Shown: positions 1 to 12,189 of the stretch, piece by piece
Layout: each line of letters opens with the position of its first letter
Position numbering within the stretch: position 1 is the first letter of the stretch
From: Kudoa neothunni
Lineage: Eukaryota > Animalia > Cnidaria
Assembly (NCBI GenBank): GCA_964304625.1
Contig: OZ199839.1
Span: 11,599,450 to 11,636,377 of the forward strand
DNA: 36,928 nucleotides
Direction: 5' to 3'
Program-made: the position numbers and the translations under genes
Notes under the pieces: model-generated
Told to the model about the DNA's origin: nothing
Databases searched by the model: none
Seen by the model: the letters and a program-made list of their open reading frames with translations, nothing else

Positions 1-270
1 TGAGGCGTTCTCTTCCGTACATTATTTGGTTTATTTTAATAAAAATATTATACTTATAAAAAAGAACATTAATTGATGGAAACTCAACACAAGCAATTCT
101 AAATTCTGGCCGAATCCTTCTTCGATCAACGTCAGCTTCACGATTAGTTTCTATTATGTTGCAATAAACACACACTCATATGTTTTCGTTTAAATGACTT
201 AATTCATTGTTCCAATGTTTAATAATATTTTTAGGATTTGCATCATTCAGAATTAAGAGTAAGTAAATGA
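1..270 (+). CDS. Possible 3' end of an unidentified spliced gene (exons <1-16, 65-146, 235-270)
   Basis: GT..AG introns at 17-64 and 147-234 join in frame to give ...RRSLPTLIDGNSTQAILNSGRILLRSTSASRL|DLHHSELRVSK*. Intron sizes match the other genes here. No recognisable domain. Confidence 0.3.
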
Positions 271-1686
271 ATTATAATGTCTTTTAGTCATTCACTAACA
301 TTTAAATTTAGTTATTGTGTAATAATTTTAATAATCTGTATTTAAATTAAAGATACATTTTCTGATCCATCTATTTTAAGTAGATATTGTTTTTGTGTAT
401 TGATTCCCTGAAGAATTTTGACATACTGAATTTTAATTTAACCGGTTCGTTCCTAATGATGCGATATGGCATCATTTTGTTAATTAGTGAATTTCTCTGT
501 TATTTTAAATTTCTGAAAGACAAAATTTGTCATATTATTAGATGAAAATCAATTTTATCAATAAAATTTTTTTAAAATGTTAGATCTATATATTTTTATG
601 GTATAAAATAGATAATAATACTTGCTATTGGGATTAGAAAAGCTGATCCTTTCGAACGATAATTATAAGACTGAAGAAACTATTTTATTCAACTAATAAA
701 AATTTATTGTATTAGTCTAATTAAATAACTTTAAAAATTAGATTCAAATAGAGGAAAGTTTTAACATTAAGGCCTAAAATGACAAATAAACAATGATACT
801 ATATGGCTCTTTGAGTGTTGTGGTGTCGCTCTTGAACAAAATTTTTTTTAATTCGAATAGCACGTTAATTCGGAAAAAACAGAAGAGTTTAAACTATTTA
901 TCATGTGAAGAAACAAAACTTTTAATCGTAAACTAGATAATATTTTTGATTATAAAAATAGTTAAAAACTACCATATAGTTTTAATATTTGATGCAAATC
1001 AGAATTGTTACTAGTTTCATTAAGGAAAAAAAATAAAACTAATGTTTATCCATTACCAAAGTGATAGATGTCGAAAGAATAAAACACGCATTCAAACTTT
1101 AAATATGATTCATAATACCAACTCATCAAGCGAATTTTGGAAATACGTTCACGAATCCAAATATTTCAAAACTAGAAAAAATTTGCCTCAAACTTGTTTC
1201 TATATTTGGAAAAACTTATTGTTGTAGGCTTATTTATTCACCAATGAAGTCTGTAAAATCGAAGTATCACGGATCTCCCCCTCGCAAACAAACACCTGAC
1301 GGATCTAATTCGTACAGCGTTAACAACATACGAAGCAAATTATTGTCAGATCACTGATAATATGGAAACATAATAAATTGTAACATCAGAAACAATTTCT
1401 AGAAAAATTTTTACTAAAGCATTAAACTCTTGTGTTATTATCTTGTTCGTAAATATTTAATTTTATTTTGGTGATACTACCATATATGACTAAATATGAA
1501 AAATATTTTATTATTATTGCGACTTTTTCCATAGAGAAAATGTCTCTTAGATCATTATCTATTAATTTACTTTTTTTGAATAATCATCATAAATTATACC
1601 TGTAATAATTATAAGTTTTCTAGCGATTAAGTGAATAAGAAAAAATGGAAAAACCTTTATTTATAATTATACAACAATTTATCTTA

Positions 1687-2849
1687 CTGGATTTTACTTC
1701 CAAAACCGGATTGCGTCCTAAAGTACGTCTTGTTAAAAAAACATGTCAAGTAGTCAGCACAGCAACGAAATTAGAGAAATCGCCATTGGTTTGGTGATTA
1801 ATGAATGGAAATCCCTAAAACAGGTGGCTTACAATCTAAAAATTCCAAGGACTACCCTCAACGACATGATAAAAAAATACAGAAAACCCGAACCGACGGA
1901 AAAAAGGCCTGTGTGGCGGTGCAAAAAGATTAAACTAACTGAGGATAATAAACGTCATCTTCTGGAATTAGTAACTGATGATTGCATCATTATGATCACA
2001 TCAAAGATAGAGAAACTCAACATAGATATTAGCCAAACTACCATTCGGAGACGGCTTAAGTCATTGAAGATATCTTTTAAAATGGCACGGCGGATACCTC
2101 AGTGCAGGAATTGTATGCAAGTGAAGCAAGAGAGAAAGGACTATGCAACATGGTATACAAACCTTCCAATTAATGTAAGGTATGAACAATTAATCTCCAT
2201 GGACGACGACCCATTTTCCGTCCATATGCTTTGTTCTCACCGGGGTTCTCCTGTTGGAACTACACCGACTCCAGTTGTAGTAAATGACAGAGGACCTAAT
2301 GTCACGATGATTATTGCAGTGCGTGCATTGCGAAGCGATAACCGGTGGAGTAAACTGTTCCATTTTTCAAGAATTTTTACGCAAAATCCAAGAAATATTA
2401 GGAAAAGGAGATTACATTATTTTAATGGACAATGTAAGATTCCATCACTCAAACCTCAAACGTGGAATTTTATGATGATTATCCTTATGAGTTTAGATAT
2501 CTCCATCGGTACTCTCCATTTTTAAACCCAGGTGAAGAGGTTTTCTCACAAAATAAAGGAAATGTGAGAAAAGAAGGTTCAATTAGTGGAAACTCTAATT
2601 TATTAGATACAATGGGAATCTGTGTGCAAGTTGTCATTGAATCCAACAAGAAGAATTACTTTCGGCATTGCAAAACGTTTTTGACTTCATGTCATATATT
2701 AAAGGATATGTTAAGAGATTAACAACAAATACATATTAAAAATATATAATACTTAACACAATTGTGAGTTTTTTATAATTTTACCACGTTTTTATAGGAC
2801 AATCCGGTTTCGAATGTCAGGAGATACGGTTTTGGAAGTAAAAATCTGG
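1687..2849 (+). mobile_element. Tc1/IS630-like DNA transposon (family A, copy 1)
   Basis: TIRs CTGGATTTTACTTCCAAAACCG (1687) and, read inward from 2849, CCAGATTTTTACTTCCAAAACCG. TA flanks at 1685-1686 and 2850-2851. An internal repeat of the TIR core lies at about 2795-2810. The element encloses a transposase. Confidence 0.9.
1743..2722 (+). pseudogene. Frameshifted Tc1/IS630 DDE transposase
   Basis: N-terminal HTH (SLKQVAYNLKIPRTTL), first D in ISMDDDPF, second D in ILMDNVRFHH (2428, alternate frame), and YLHRYSPFLNPGEEVFS. Frameshifts near 2330 and at 2448-2461. Confidence 0.9.
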
Positions 2850-3189
2850 TAATATTCACCAACAATTTCCCAAAAATTTAATTTCCAAATAAGAAAGAGA
2901 TACATAAATGATTTTAATGCCTTGTGACTCTTGAAAATTTGGACAATCTTAAAGTTGGCTCCCGATCTGGATAAGTCTAACCACCCCTGCCATACGGCAT
3001 CATTTGGCGGAGGTCGATTACGCGTGGAAGAATGGTGATGGATGCTGATTTTATTATTAAAAAAATGGAGAGGATGATAATACAGCTTATATTACTTCCA
3101 GATCCTGGAAAATCCGATGCTGGTGGTATTTTTTGGGAGAAATAATAATTTTATGTTTGTAAATGAATTAATTGATTAACTATGAGAAG

Positions 3190-4272
3190 GGCATTGATCT
3201 AATAACATAAGAACGTTTCTGTTTTCTCTAAAAAATTTATTGTCCAAATCTTTTTGTATCTCATAGAAAATAGCCGCTGATATTCAACCATTTTTTTGAG
3301 AGAAACACTTGCAAGGAAAATCATTCGCCCCTTTATAACAAGGTGGTTTTTGAAACTTACCAAAAACAAAGAGCGAAAGTTTTTCTCCAACCAAAGATGC
3401 AGTTACCAACACGGTCACACTTTTTTTTGATCGTTTACAATCCCTCTCTTCGATTTCGTCTTTTGTTGTATATTAAGTAAGTTGGGGAAGTTGTTTGTAA
3501 AAAACAGAAAATTCGTCAAGATTAAATACATTTTCATGATTGTAATTACTCATTATATCCGAATATAGTCCAACCCATTCATTATTTGCCATCACATCCG
3601 CACTACCTGCCTCGCCGTGAAGCTTTGGATTTTTCAAACTGAACGATGTTTTGAAATTACAAAATCATCCATTACTAGAATGAAAATCTTCGACTTAAGA
3701 TCATTTGCTATAATCATCGCCATTTCTTTAATTATAAATTTTCAGATGTTTTTCTTTTTTTCTCGCATGCTAACTATCCTATTATACAACTTACTTTCAA
3801 TCTGAGTGTATTTTCCCAGAGAAACTCGTGTTTGGTCAATTGAAACGTTTGAACTAATAAGTTCATTTTTTTATAACGTTGTATCGAGAGAGGAATGACC
3901 AATCCTGATTTGTCAAAAGCTAAAATCTAGTCATTATTTGGCAGGTTAAAATGTTTCATTGTTATCATTTTTCCCCAGATATTGTTTTAGTTGCGTCGTA
4001 ATATTGAATTATTCGAATGTTTTCTTCTCTGCTTCTTTGAGATCGTCCAATCATTATTTGGTTGGGTCAAATATAGGATTAATCGTATTATTTTATCAAA
4101 AACGCCACGCAATAACTAAGCCATCGATTTCGGTAATTTTGAGTTTCATTGAATCAACAACTAATAACTGCGATTTTTAAAAATGTTACCTATTAATTAG
4201 AATACTTTTTGAAACTTTTTAAGTTAGAAAACAACGAAAAATCTTTAATTACGCTATATCGAGGCCTCACTG
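3190..4272 (-). mobile_element. Tigger/pogo-type transposon remnant (5' TIR plus 3'-truncated transposase pseudogene)
   Basis: Minus-strand TA-CAGTGAGGCCTCGATATAGCG terminus at 4272. Minus-strand translation of about 3625-3330 reads KLHGEAGSAD...YNHENVFNLDEFSVFYKQLP...CKRSKKSVTVLVTASLVGEKL..FGKFQKPPC, which are Tigger DDE_1 motifs. Contains stop codons. Left boundary approximate. Confidence 0.85.
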
Positions 4273-4432
4273 TAATACGATGGTTGTTGACCAACCTGGT
4301 ATTCTTAGGATTATCGGGATTATTAACGAATTTATTTGCGCTATAATTCTGTATTCTTTTTTTCATCCATCAAAATATTTAATATTTCGTCTTACAGAAT
4401 TTTTTTGTAACAAGCGGTAAAATAAAAATCTA

Positions 4433-4491
4433 GGGTGATTTTCTACCTCAGAGTCCATCAGAGTGGAGTCCACTTTCTGTCCATCAGAGGG
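4433..4491. mobile_element. Orphan piggyBac-type terminus
   Basis: Read on the minus strand: TTAA-CCCTCTGATGGAC..., with a duplicated CTCTGATGGAC and a subterminal GAGGTAGAAAATCACCC motif resembling those of the piggyBacs at 20121 and 22873. No partner end found. Confidence 0.45.
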
Positions 4492-5227
4492 TTAAAGTGA
4501 TTTATAAATTCCCCAACGTAGGTAAATATAAATGATCCAAAATAAGTCATTAGAATTTTATCAATGGTTCGGTTTATTTATATAATATAAGAGACTTGGA
4601 ATACAATATAAACGTATACACTAACAATTCTTCATTTAATATGAATGATTTTGGATTTGTACGATTTAACGTTCAAACGTGTTCTAATTATATTCAAATA
4701 ATCATATTGTCGTTACAAATACTTTATAAGAAATACTTTATTAAAGATTGTTGATGACGCGATTTAATTGCGTCCGGTCACTTGCTGATGAATCGTTTAA
4801 TTAAATCTTTTTCATATTATTAAATGAAATTATAAAAAAATTAACTACTTTCGTAATTTAGAAAATACATAGTTAAATGTTGATAATTTAGTTTTATTAT
4901 TTGGCGAATTCTGCTTTAGATTTAAATTAAAAAATTTTGAAAATTTAAAAACTAACGTTACATACATTTTCGTATAATTATTGAATAGAAAAATAATCTG
5001 ACTATTAAACTGTCATTCAATAAAAAGTTCCATTTCCCCTTATTGTTTTATGATATCATTTGTCAATTAATTACTCTCTTATGAATATAAATCAAACATC
5101 TCTTCTATTCTCAAAAATTTGGTTTATTAACGACCGCAGCTTCCTTCTATTGTATTGGTGTGTGCATCATTATGAATGTATCCTTTGGAATGATTGACCG
5201 TAATATGGCCATAACCAATTACACTTA

Positions 5228-6960
5228 CCATAAATCCTTGTGTATAAGCCGCATCTATCATGCCAAACTAATTTTATCGGTCATCCCAATACATTCTTAC
5301 ATTCATTTAACACATTTAATTTAATCTAGTCACATAATTCAATCGCCAAGTCTACCGTCATTGCCTGTCGTCACACGCGCGAGTTGGTTGACGGAGTTGC
5401 AATCCACCAGGAGTGATCTCACCCTTGCAGAGGAAGTGTTACGCCCGTAGTAAATTATGGAAAGCAACGAATGACCTAACACATTTTTAAACTATGTCAT
5501 CGAAAAGGGCAAGATACGAATCTGCGTTTAAATTGAAAGTTGTGAATGTGTCTTTGGAAACTACCACCCGAAATGCGGCTGCTGCTGTTTTTGGCATAAA
5601 TGAAAAGAAAATTCGCAAATGAAAGAAAGCTTAAGAGAGCTTGAAGATGATTCCACGATCAAAGTGTGCGAGAAGAGGAAAACAATGTCAATGACCCAAA
5701 CTAGAAATCTCCTTAGATGCTTTGGTAGCAGAAAGAAGGAATGTGGGTTTCATCATCACTAGAAACAACATTCAAATTGAGGTTATAAAGATGTTCAAGA
5801 AGAACCGTGAGTTGTTTCAAAATTTCAAAGCTTCGAGTGGTTGGTTGAACAGATTCATGACTAGAAATAATTTAGTCTTACGCCAAACAACGAAAATTTC
5901 TCAAAAGCGACCTAAAGGCTTGGAAGATGAAATAATTTCTTTTATACAATTCATCATAAAACAATGCAAGCAGCACAATTACTTTCTCAACAATATTGGA
6001 AATATGGATAAAATTCCAATTTTTTTTGATATGGTTGGGAACAAGAAGGTCAACAATGTCGGAGAAAAAGAAATATGCGTGACATCAACAGGCATCAGAA
6101 GAAACACTTCACTGTGATTTTAGCTTGTTTAGCCAATTGAATTAAGTTCAAGTCTATGGTGATTCTCAAGAGGAAAACATTTCCTTAAAAAGAAAAGTTT
6201 CCTCTTGGCATCGTTCCCCATGTACAGGAGCGTGGTTGGATGAATAACGAAGGGGGTCTGAAATGGATTAATGACGTATGATCTAAACGTCCTGGTGGCT
6301 TATTGAAGAAACGTTCGCTTTTGGAATGGGGAAAGTTCAAATCTCATCTTGTGGAACATGCCAAGCAGCATTTGCAGAAAAAAAAAAACACAGACATTGC
6401 TGTTATACCTAGTGGTTTGACAACAATTCTCCAGCCTCTCGATGTTTCACTAAATGAATCTTTCAAAGAGAGGCTTCGAGCAGCGTGAAACGAATGGATG
6501 AACATGGAAACCATCAGGTTATTCGTGGTGGAAACTTCAAAGTCCCCTGTTTACCCAATGTGTTTCAATGGATTCTGCAAGCCTGGGAGGATTTGAAGCC
6601 GAAATAATTTTAAAATCCGTCAAGAAGTGTTACATCAGCATTGCAATGGATGAATCAGAGAACGATGTTTTATGGGAGCATGACGAAGAAACTTCACGTT
6701 CTGATTCCGATAAATTCGATCCTTACGACGACTCAGTTTTATCCCACGAATGGAATCAAGTGTTAAAGATATCGGATGACAGTGACTAACATTAATTATC
6801 TCATTACTTGAGTAAAAATGCCGGATATTCCCTAGTGTCTTATGGTTGAATAAACTATTTGTAGCATTTGTACATTCCAAAAGGTACGTTAACCATCAAA
6901 CATAGTGACAAGTTTCTAGATATAATTTTTAGACTGTGTGTATGTCATTATATAAGGCTC
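5228..6960 (+). mobile_element. pogo (POGK/Passer-like) transposon, right end not found
   Basis: TA-CCATAAATCCTTGTGTATAAGCCGCA pogo-type left TIR at 5228. No matching right TIR before the hAT insertion at 6983. Confidence 0.75.
5494..6789 (+). pseudogene. pogo transposase pseudogene (Brinker-type DBD, CENP-B HTH, DDE_1, acidic tail)
   Basis: MSSKRARYESAFKLKVV..FGINEKKIRK*, FKASSGWLNRFMTRNNL, IGNMDKIP, LLEWGKFKSH (second D mutated to G), IPSGLTTILQPLDVSLN. Multiple stops and frameshifts. Confidence 0.9.
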
Positions 6961-6982
6961 ATTCTATGCTATAATCTTGGAC

Positions 6983-7560
6983 CAGGGGTCGGGAGCCTAT
7001 GACTCGCGAGCCAGATATGGTTCTTTTGATGACAGCGTTTGACTCGCAGACAAATTTTCAAATAAAATTTCTTCGTTAAACTCTTTTTATCAAATGCGAA
7101 ACGTTAACTATGGGAAATCGGTTACTAACTATATTACACATTGCAGCGTGTGAGTTTTACTGTAATAACAATGTTTGGCTCTACGTATTCATGTGAGCAG
7201 TCTTTCTACATCTAAATAACATTAAGACCAAACTACGGTCAAGTTTTAAAGATGGAAGTCCCAATGCCTGCATGAAGCTTAATCGTGCCACTAATCAACC
7301 AGATTACAAAGCCATCGTGCAAAATCACGCTGAACTAGAAGTAACACTGATGATGAAAAAAATTCTTCATTAGATAGCAATAACGTAAAAATGACATTTA
7401 AAAGAATTTGGTGACTTATTTTAGTTTAAACTGTTGGAATTATATAAAACGCACACACGTTCTATTTTTTATTTTAAGGCATGTTGTATGGCTCTCATGG
7501 AATAAGATTTAACAATATGCGGCGTAGGTCTCTCTCATCAAAAAAGGTTCCCAACCCCTG
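6983..7560 (+). mobile_element. Internally deleted hAT (Charlie/Buster/SPIN-group) element, 578 bp
   Basis: TIRs CAGGGGTCGGGAGCCT and CAGGGGTTGGGAACCT. 8-bp TSD TCTTGGAC (6975-6982) and TCTTAGAT (7561-7568). Internal C-terminal transposase remnant MFGSTYSCEQSF..NNIKTKLRS..NACMKL..QPDYKAI (hAT dimerisation domain). Confidence 0.9.
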
Positions 7561-8579
7561 TCTTAGATCCCTTCAATATTTCATTCTGAATTATTCGTAG
7601 TAAAATATTGATATTTCTCAATTATTTATTAGCCTAGGGACAATTAATTTACGCTTTCTCAATGAAAAACTATTAAAATTTTCACAAATACTACATCTAA
7701 CAGTGATGTATTGGTAGTACATCTTAACAACTATAGTGTTGAATAATTTCTCGTAGTCATGTACGAGTAAATAATCATTGTCCTGGCATTTAAATTCTAT
7801 GTAATCCATATTGTATAACAAATGCCAAAAAAGAATATTTATGATTAAATTTAATTTAACAGTGAAGGAATAATTTTCGAGTATTTTAAAACTATTAATA
7901 TTACAAAATATGTTAAAATTATAAAATGTATTGTTTAATTGTCACAATTGAGGTTACACAATTATTAGACTCACTTCGAATTGAGGTTTGGTCTAAATTA
8001 AAAATTTTTTTATATAAACTAAATGTTTTCACTCAGTATTTTTTTATACATAAAACAATCTTAAATAATTGGAGAGTAAATAACATGAACAAAAGAGTGT
8101 TTTTTCTTGGTCACAGACTTCTAAAATTATCTATGATTAATGTTGTTATTCAACTTTCTTTTAATAAATTACTCTCGAATGTTGTCAATCAATAATAATT
8201 TTTATTTAAGGTCGTTACATGAATTAATAAAATGGGATAGATTTACATCCTATTTTTATTGCAAGTTGTAATTTTTACTATTACTTATAAATCAAGTGAC
8301 GAATAATATTCCATTAGAGCTGATCCGAATAATAATTACATTGAAAATAAGAAGAATATACGAAAGAAATTCCGTATTACCAATAACACTCAGATGCGAA
8401 ATTTTTAACAGGTAATGTGTTGGTGAGAAAGTGTTAAAGGCGTTTCCAAAAATAGGTATTAATTCTCACAGTCTCGCCACTCGGATAGGACGTAGTATAT
8501 ATTTGATAAAGCGTGATGCATACAACAGAGTCAATTGAAGACAACTATGATTTAGAGCATACCAGCTATAGAGAGAAAA

Positions 8580-10414
8580 ATGACAGTATATTTAAACAAA
8601 AATAGTTACCTAAGAGTTATTAAAATGGTTTCAGATATTCCAGACTCAAACGTGGAAATCAAACCAAAAAGTAATGGACAAGAACATATAAAAGAAACAG
8701 AAAAACATTACCTGTGTGTCAAGCATGATTGTAAATCTAAGGCAATGTTTTTCTGTATAACTTGTTTGTTACTGGGGCCATACCTTATGGGAATAATTGT
8801 ATCCACTGGTGATGATTTAAGAGTATGTGCTGTTCTATCTATTTATTAGTACAATGTGCAATGATATTCTCTATATTAGAGACTACAAAAAGTTTTTCTT
8901 TTCCCATTAAAAGACGACTACAAATATTATACGCTTAATAGCCTCTTTCCAATATTTGGTGTAATTGGATCATTTTTTAGTGCAATTGTATCAAATTCGT
9001 GCGGAAGGTAGCGTTTTAATATTAGTCAGGATGATTCAAAATATTTTTAGACAATACACAACCATGTTCTCCACTCAACTAATTATCATCTCCAGTTGTT
9101 TCATCCTTATTTCCAACAAGAAATCATTGACCTTGTATTATATTTCAAGAGCAATTGATGGGTTTGCAATCAGTTCATTAATTGTATCCTCAACTGTTTG
9201 GTTGATTGAAATTGTTCCAACGTTTGCCTTAAAATATTACAAGATTCTGATACAGGTCTCCATAAATTTTGGTATACTAACGAATAATCTCGCGTATTGG
9301 ATACTTTTACAACATGCAAAACCAGATTTTCTGTGCGTCTTACCAATATCCGTTGGAATAGCATTAACTGTGACAACATTTTGTCTATTCGAAAGCCATA
9401 AATACATATATATGCACACGAAAGATAAAGATCAAACCAGAAAGACATTGGAAAAATTACGCGGAAACTTTAACGTTGATAGAGAATTGAATAGAGTTAT
9501 CGGTGATATAGATAATCAAAAAGATGCCACAGAAACTCGTATCAAAAAATTTCTTTCAAACAAACGATATCTTGCCTCGGTGGCCAGTTGGTGTATAATC
9601 TCTTTTCTCAAACAAAATTCAGGTATCAACTCAATGATTGGTTTTACACGATATTTCCTCGAAAATAAAAATGAAACATCTACCGAAATGTATGCTGGTA
9701 TTATTGTTGGGGTTGTTGCATTTGTGAGTTCGCTTCTGTTTGTATGTTCATATTCGTTTCAATGGTGGACATCGGTACCGTTTCACTAATCTAAAAATTT
9801 GTATTTAGTTCGTGTGGAATATGAAGGCTCCAAGGAAAACACAAATCGAATTATCTCTCATGCTGCTCACTATTTTGTCTGCAATATTTTCAATTAGCTA
9901 TGTGTGGAATGTCGGGTATAAATTCTACTCGGCACTTATATCTTTGTTCGTGGCTGCGTTCCAGTTTGGTATAGGTAAATGAGAGAACTTAAGCTAATAA
10001 ATTTATGTTTGAGTGATATTTTAATAGGTCCAACCACTTGGTATATCTGTGAGGAAATATTTCCTTCCAATTATTTGGCCACTGCACAAGGTTTTTTGTC
10101 AATGTTTGGATGGATTGGTGATTCAGTTATCTATCTCATTTTACCAGTTATATTTGTATATATTTTGATCAACACGTCTTTCAACTTTATTTTTGGTTAA
10201 TTTTGATTAATAAAATTTTTAGTCAAACATACACATGCGAATTTTCTACATATTCACAGGAAACAATCTTATCGCGGTTATTTTTATTTTTTTCTTTATA
10301 GAGGAAACATTAAACAAACCGATACAAGAAATTCAACGAGCTTATTTGCATCGATGGCAACATGCTTGTTTCGGGTTACGTGTTGGAATTCACGTTACTC
10401 ATTTCGAAGTTTAA
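8580..10414 (+). CDS. MFS sugar porter, GLUT/SLC2A-like. Exons 8580-8822, 8880-9007, 9051-9741, 9809-9974, 10028-10155, 10223-10414 (alternative start 8625)
   Basis: Five GT-AG introns of 43-67 nt give one open frame. GLUT-like motifs: FGVIGSFFS..CGR, SRAIDG..LIEIVP, FESHKY (PESPRY), LEKLRG, KQNSGIN (QQLSGIN), GIGPTTW..EIFP, EETLNKPIQEI (PETKG..EI). AATAAA at about 10502. Confidence 0.88.
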
Positions 10415-12189
10415 ACCAACACCCGCCAAGAGGCATGGTGGGTAGATCTAGATTGATTCGATGGAATCAAATCTATTGCTTTCCCTTTATTTTTGTTATC
10501 GAATAAATAATATTTAATGGATTAATTAATTTCATAGCTACTATTATTGGATTTTATAGACATGAAATTTATTTACTTTTCTTTAAATATATTTAGAATA
10601 CATTATGTTGGATAAGACTGCATGGATGCTAGCTTGTTTATTTTGAGTTTTTTTCTACTTTTTAATCTACATTAAGCAATGAATAATATCTAGTCCCCAC
10701 GTGGACTACCGCCCAAAAGTGTGTATTAAACTTTGCAATCGATAATACGCGCCAAATTTGATGTGTGCCCATTTATTTTCTGTTGTGTTTTCTTTATTTT
10801 TCAACATGTATATTTTACCTTTTATTTAATAGAATAAGCAAAAAAAACATTATCAAGATTATTCGGAGAGAAAAATAACTTGCAATTTTTTGTTGTTATC
10901 ATACTTATTGATACAATATTTATATCGCCTTTAGATTGTGATAAAATTTAGTGAATAGTCAGTTCTAAACAATTATAAATACTATTACATTTCTTATTCA
11001 CTTTTTGCGCAATATGAATTTTTTTTTATATTTTCGCCCTTAAATCTTTATTTATGTGCATCTACATCATTCTTTTAATTGGCAACTAGCATCGTCTTGA
11101 AATAAAATTTATTCTAATTCCCATTTTTAATCGAAATGATCATTTTTTTAATAGATATTTCAAAAAACTTTTTCTATTTGTTCGAAAATTCAGCCGTCAG
11201 GATTAAAATATTTCCTTTGTTTCCAGGGAAAACAATTTAATCTACGCGGGCTGGCCGAAAAAGGTGAATATTATTAGCTAGTCACGTGATATGACAGATT
11301 GGAAATTTCCCAGTTTTAGTTTTAATTTAAAAATATTTCATTCAATATAAATTTTTGAATACGTCGTATTCATAAAAATGCGTATTATCGGTTGCCCTAC
11401 TGTAATGTTAAATTTAAAAGTGTGACGAAAATTCGCCATTTAACTCTATTATATAAAACGAAGGTGGCTGTTCGCATCGTAAATAATATTCAATTGTTAA
11501 TAGTTGTGTCTATATTTAATTATATCATACCCCTAAAAACGAATCCGTATATCAGAAATCACAAAGTTTATCAAATTCAATAAAATTAATTCGAAATGTA
11601 ATTTGTAAATAAGGGTTGTTGTAAATAACAAATTTTTATAACACGTGTGTACATGCCTTCTATGATTAAAATTTATCGTCAAAATAGTCTGCCCTTTTTT
11701 ATCCTTAAACCTAACATGAATAGGGCTTTAAAATATCGAGTAGCGAGACTTTTGTTCGTGTATCGAGATATTTTTTGCTAAAAATCGATACTTTTTTAAG
11801 CACTATATTATGAAATATATGTATTAAGTAGCATGATCTACGTAAAGCCTTCAACTTTGTTAATTATAGCTTTATCTTGTTCATAGTTAATATTTAAATA
11901 GGTTTTTTTTAATGCAAATTTGTAATCCTTAGAAACTTCCGGATTAATTACTGCTTACTATATAATGAAAAAAATGAATTTTAAGTCATATTAGACATAA
12001 AAAAATCCTGCTATTGATAGTATAATCTACATGACATTTTACGTATTATTTTAAAAAATTTCTCTTGTTAGACTTTTAGTTAGGTAAAGAATTTTTAAAC
12101 ATTTATCTATTGTAAATAAAAATACATCTCTTAGTTTGTTCGTGTGTGTTTGTCAAAAAATACTCATGTGTAAACGATTGTCCTCTCCA

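Larger units (their letters stand above)
442..3017 (+). mobile_element. Highly decayed piggyBac-like element that hosts the Tc1 copy at 1687-2849
   Basis: TTAA (438-441) is followed by CCGGTTCGTTCCTAATGATGCGATATGGCA. An equal-length imperfect inverted copy TGCCATACGGCATCATTTGGCGGAGGTCGATTA lies at 2988-3020. Weak piggyBac-like peptide remnant YFKTRK..CFYIWKNLLL*AYL near 1160-1240. Confidence 0.35.

Noticed and set aside
7618-8195. Short ORFs 7618-7821 (-) and 7926-8195 (+)
   Set aside because: Very AT-rich with no motifs or splice support. Likely chance ORFs.
8850-8879. Nearer AG acceptor (8849) for GLUT intron 1
   Set aside because: It introduces an in-frame TGA. The acceptor at 8879 keeps the frame open.
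10689-11282. Possible Helitron 3' end (GC-rich patch followed by CTAGT at about 11278)
   Set aside because: The hairpin is imperfect and no 5' end could be defined.
11730-11795. Tigger-like TCGAG-rich subterminal motifs
   Set aside because: No TIR pair or coding remnant found.
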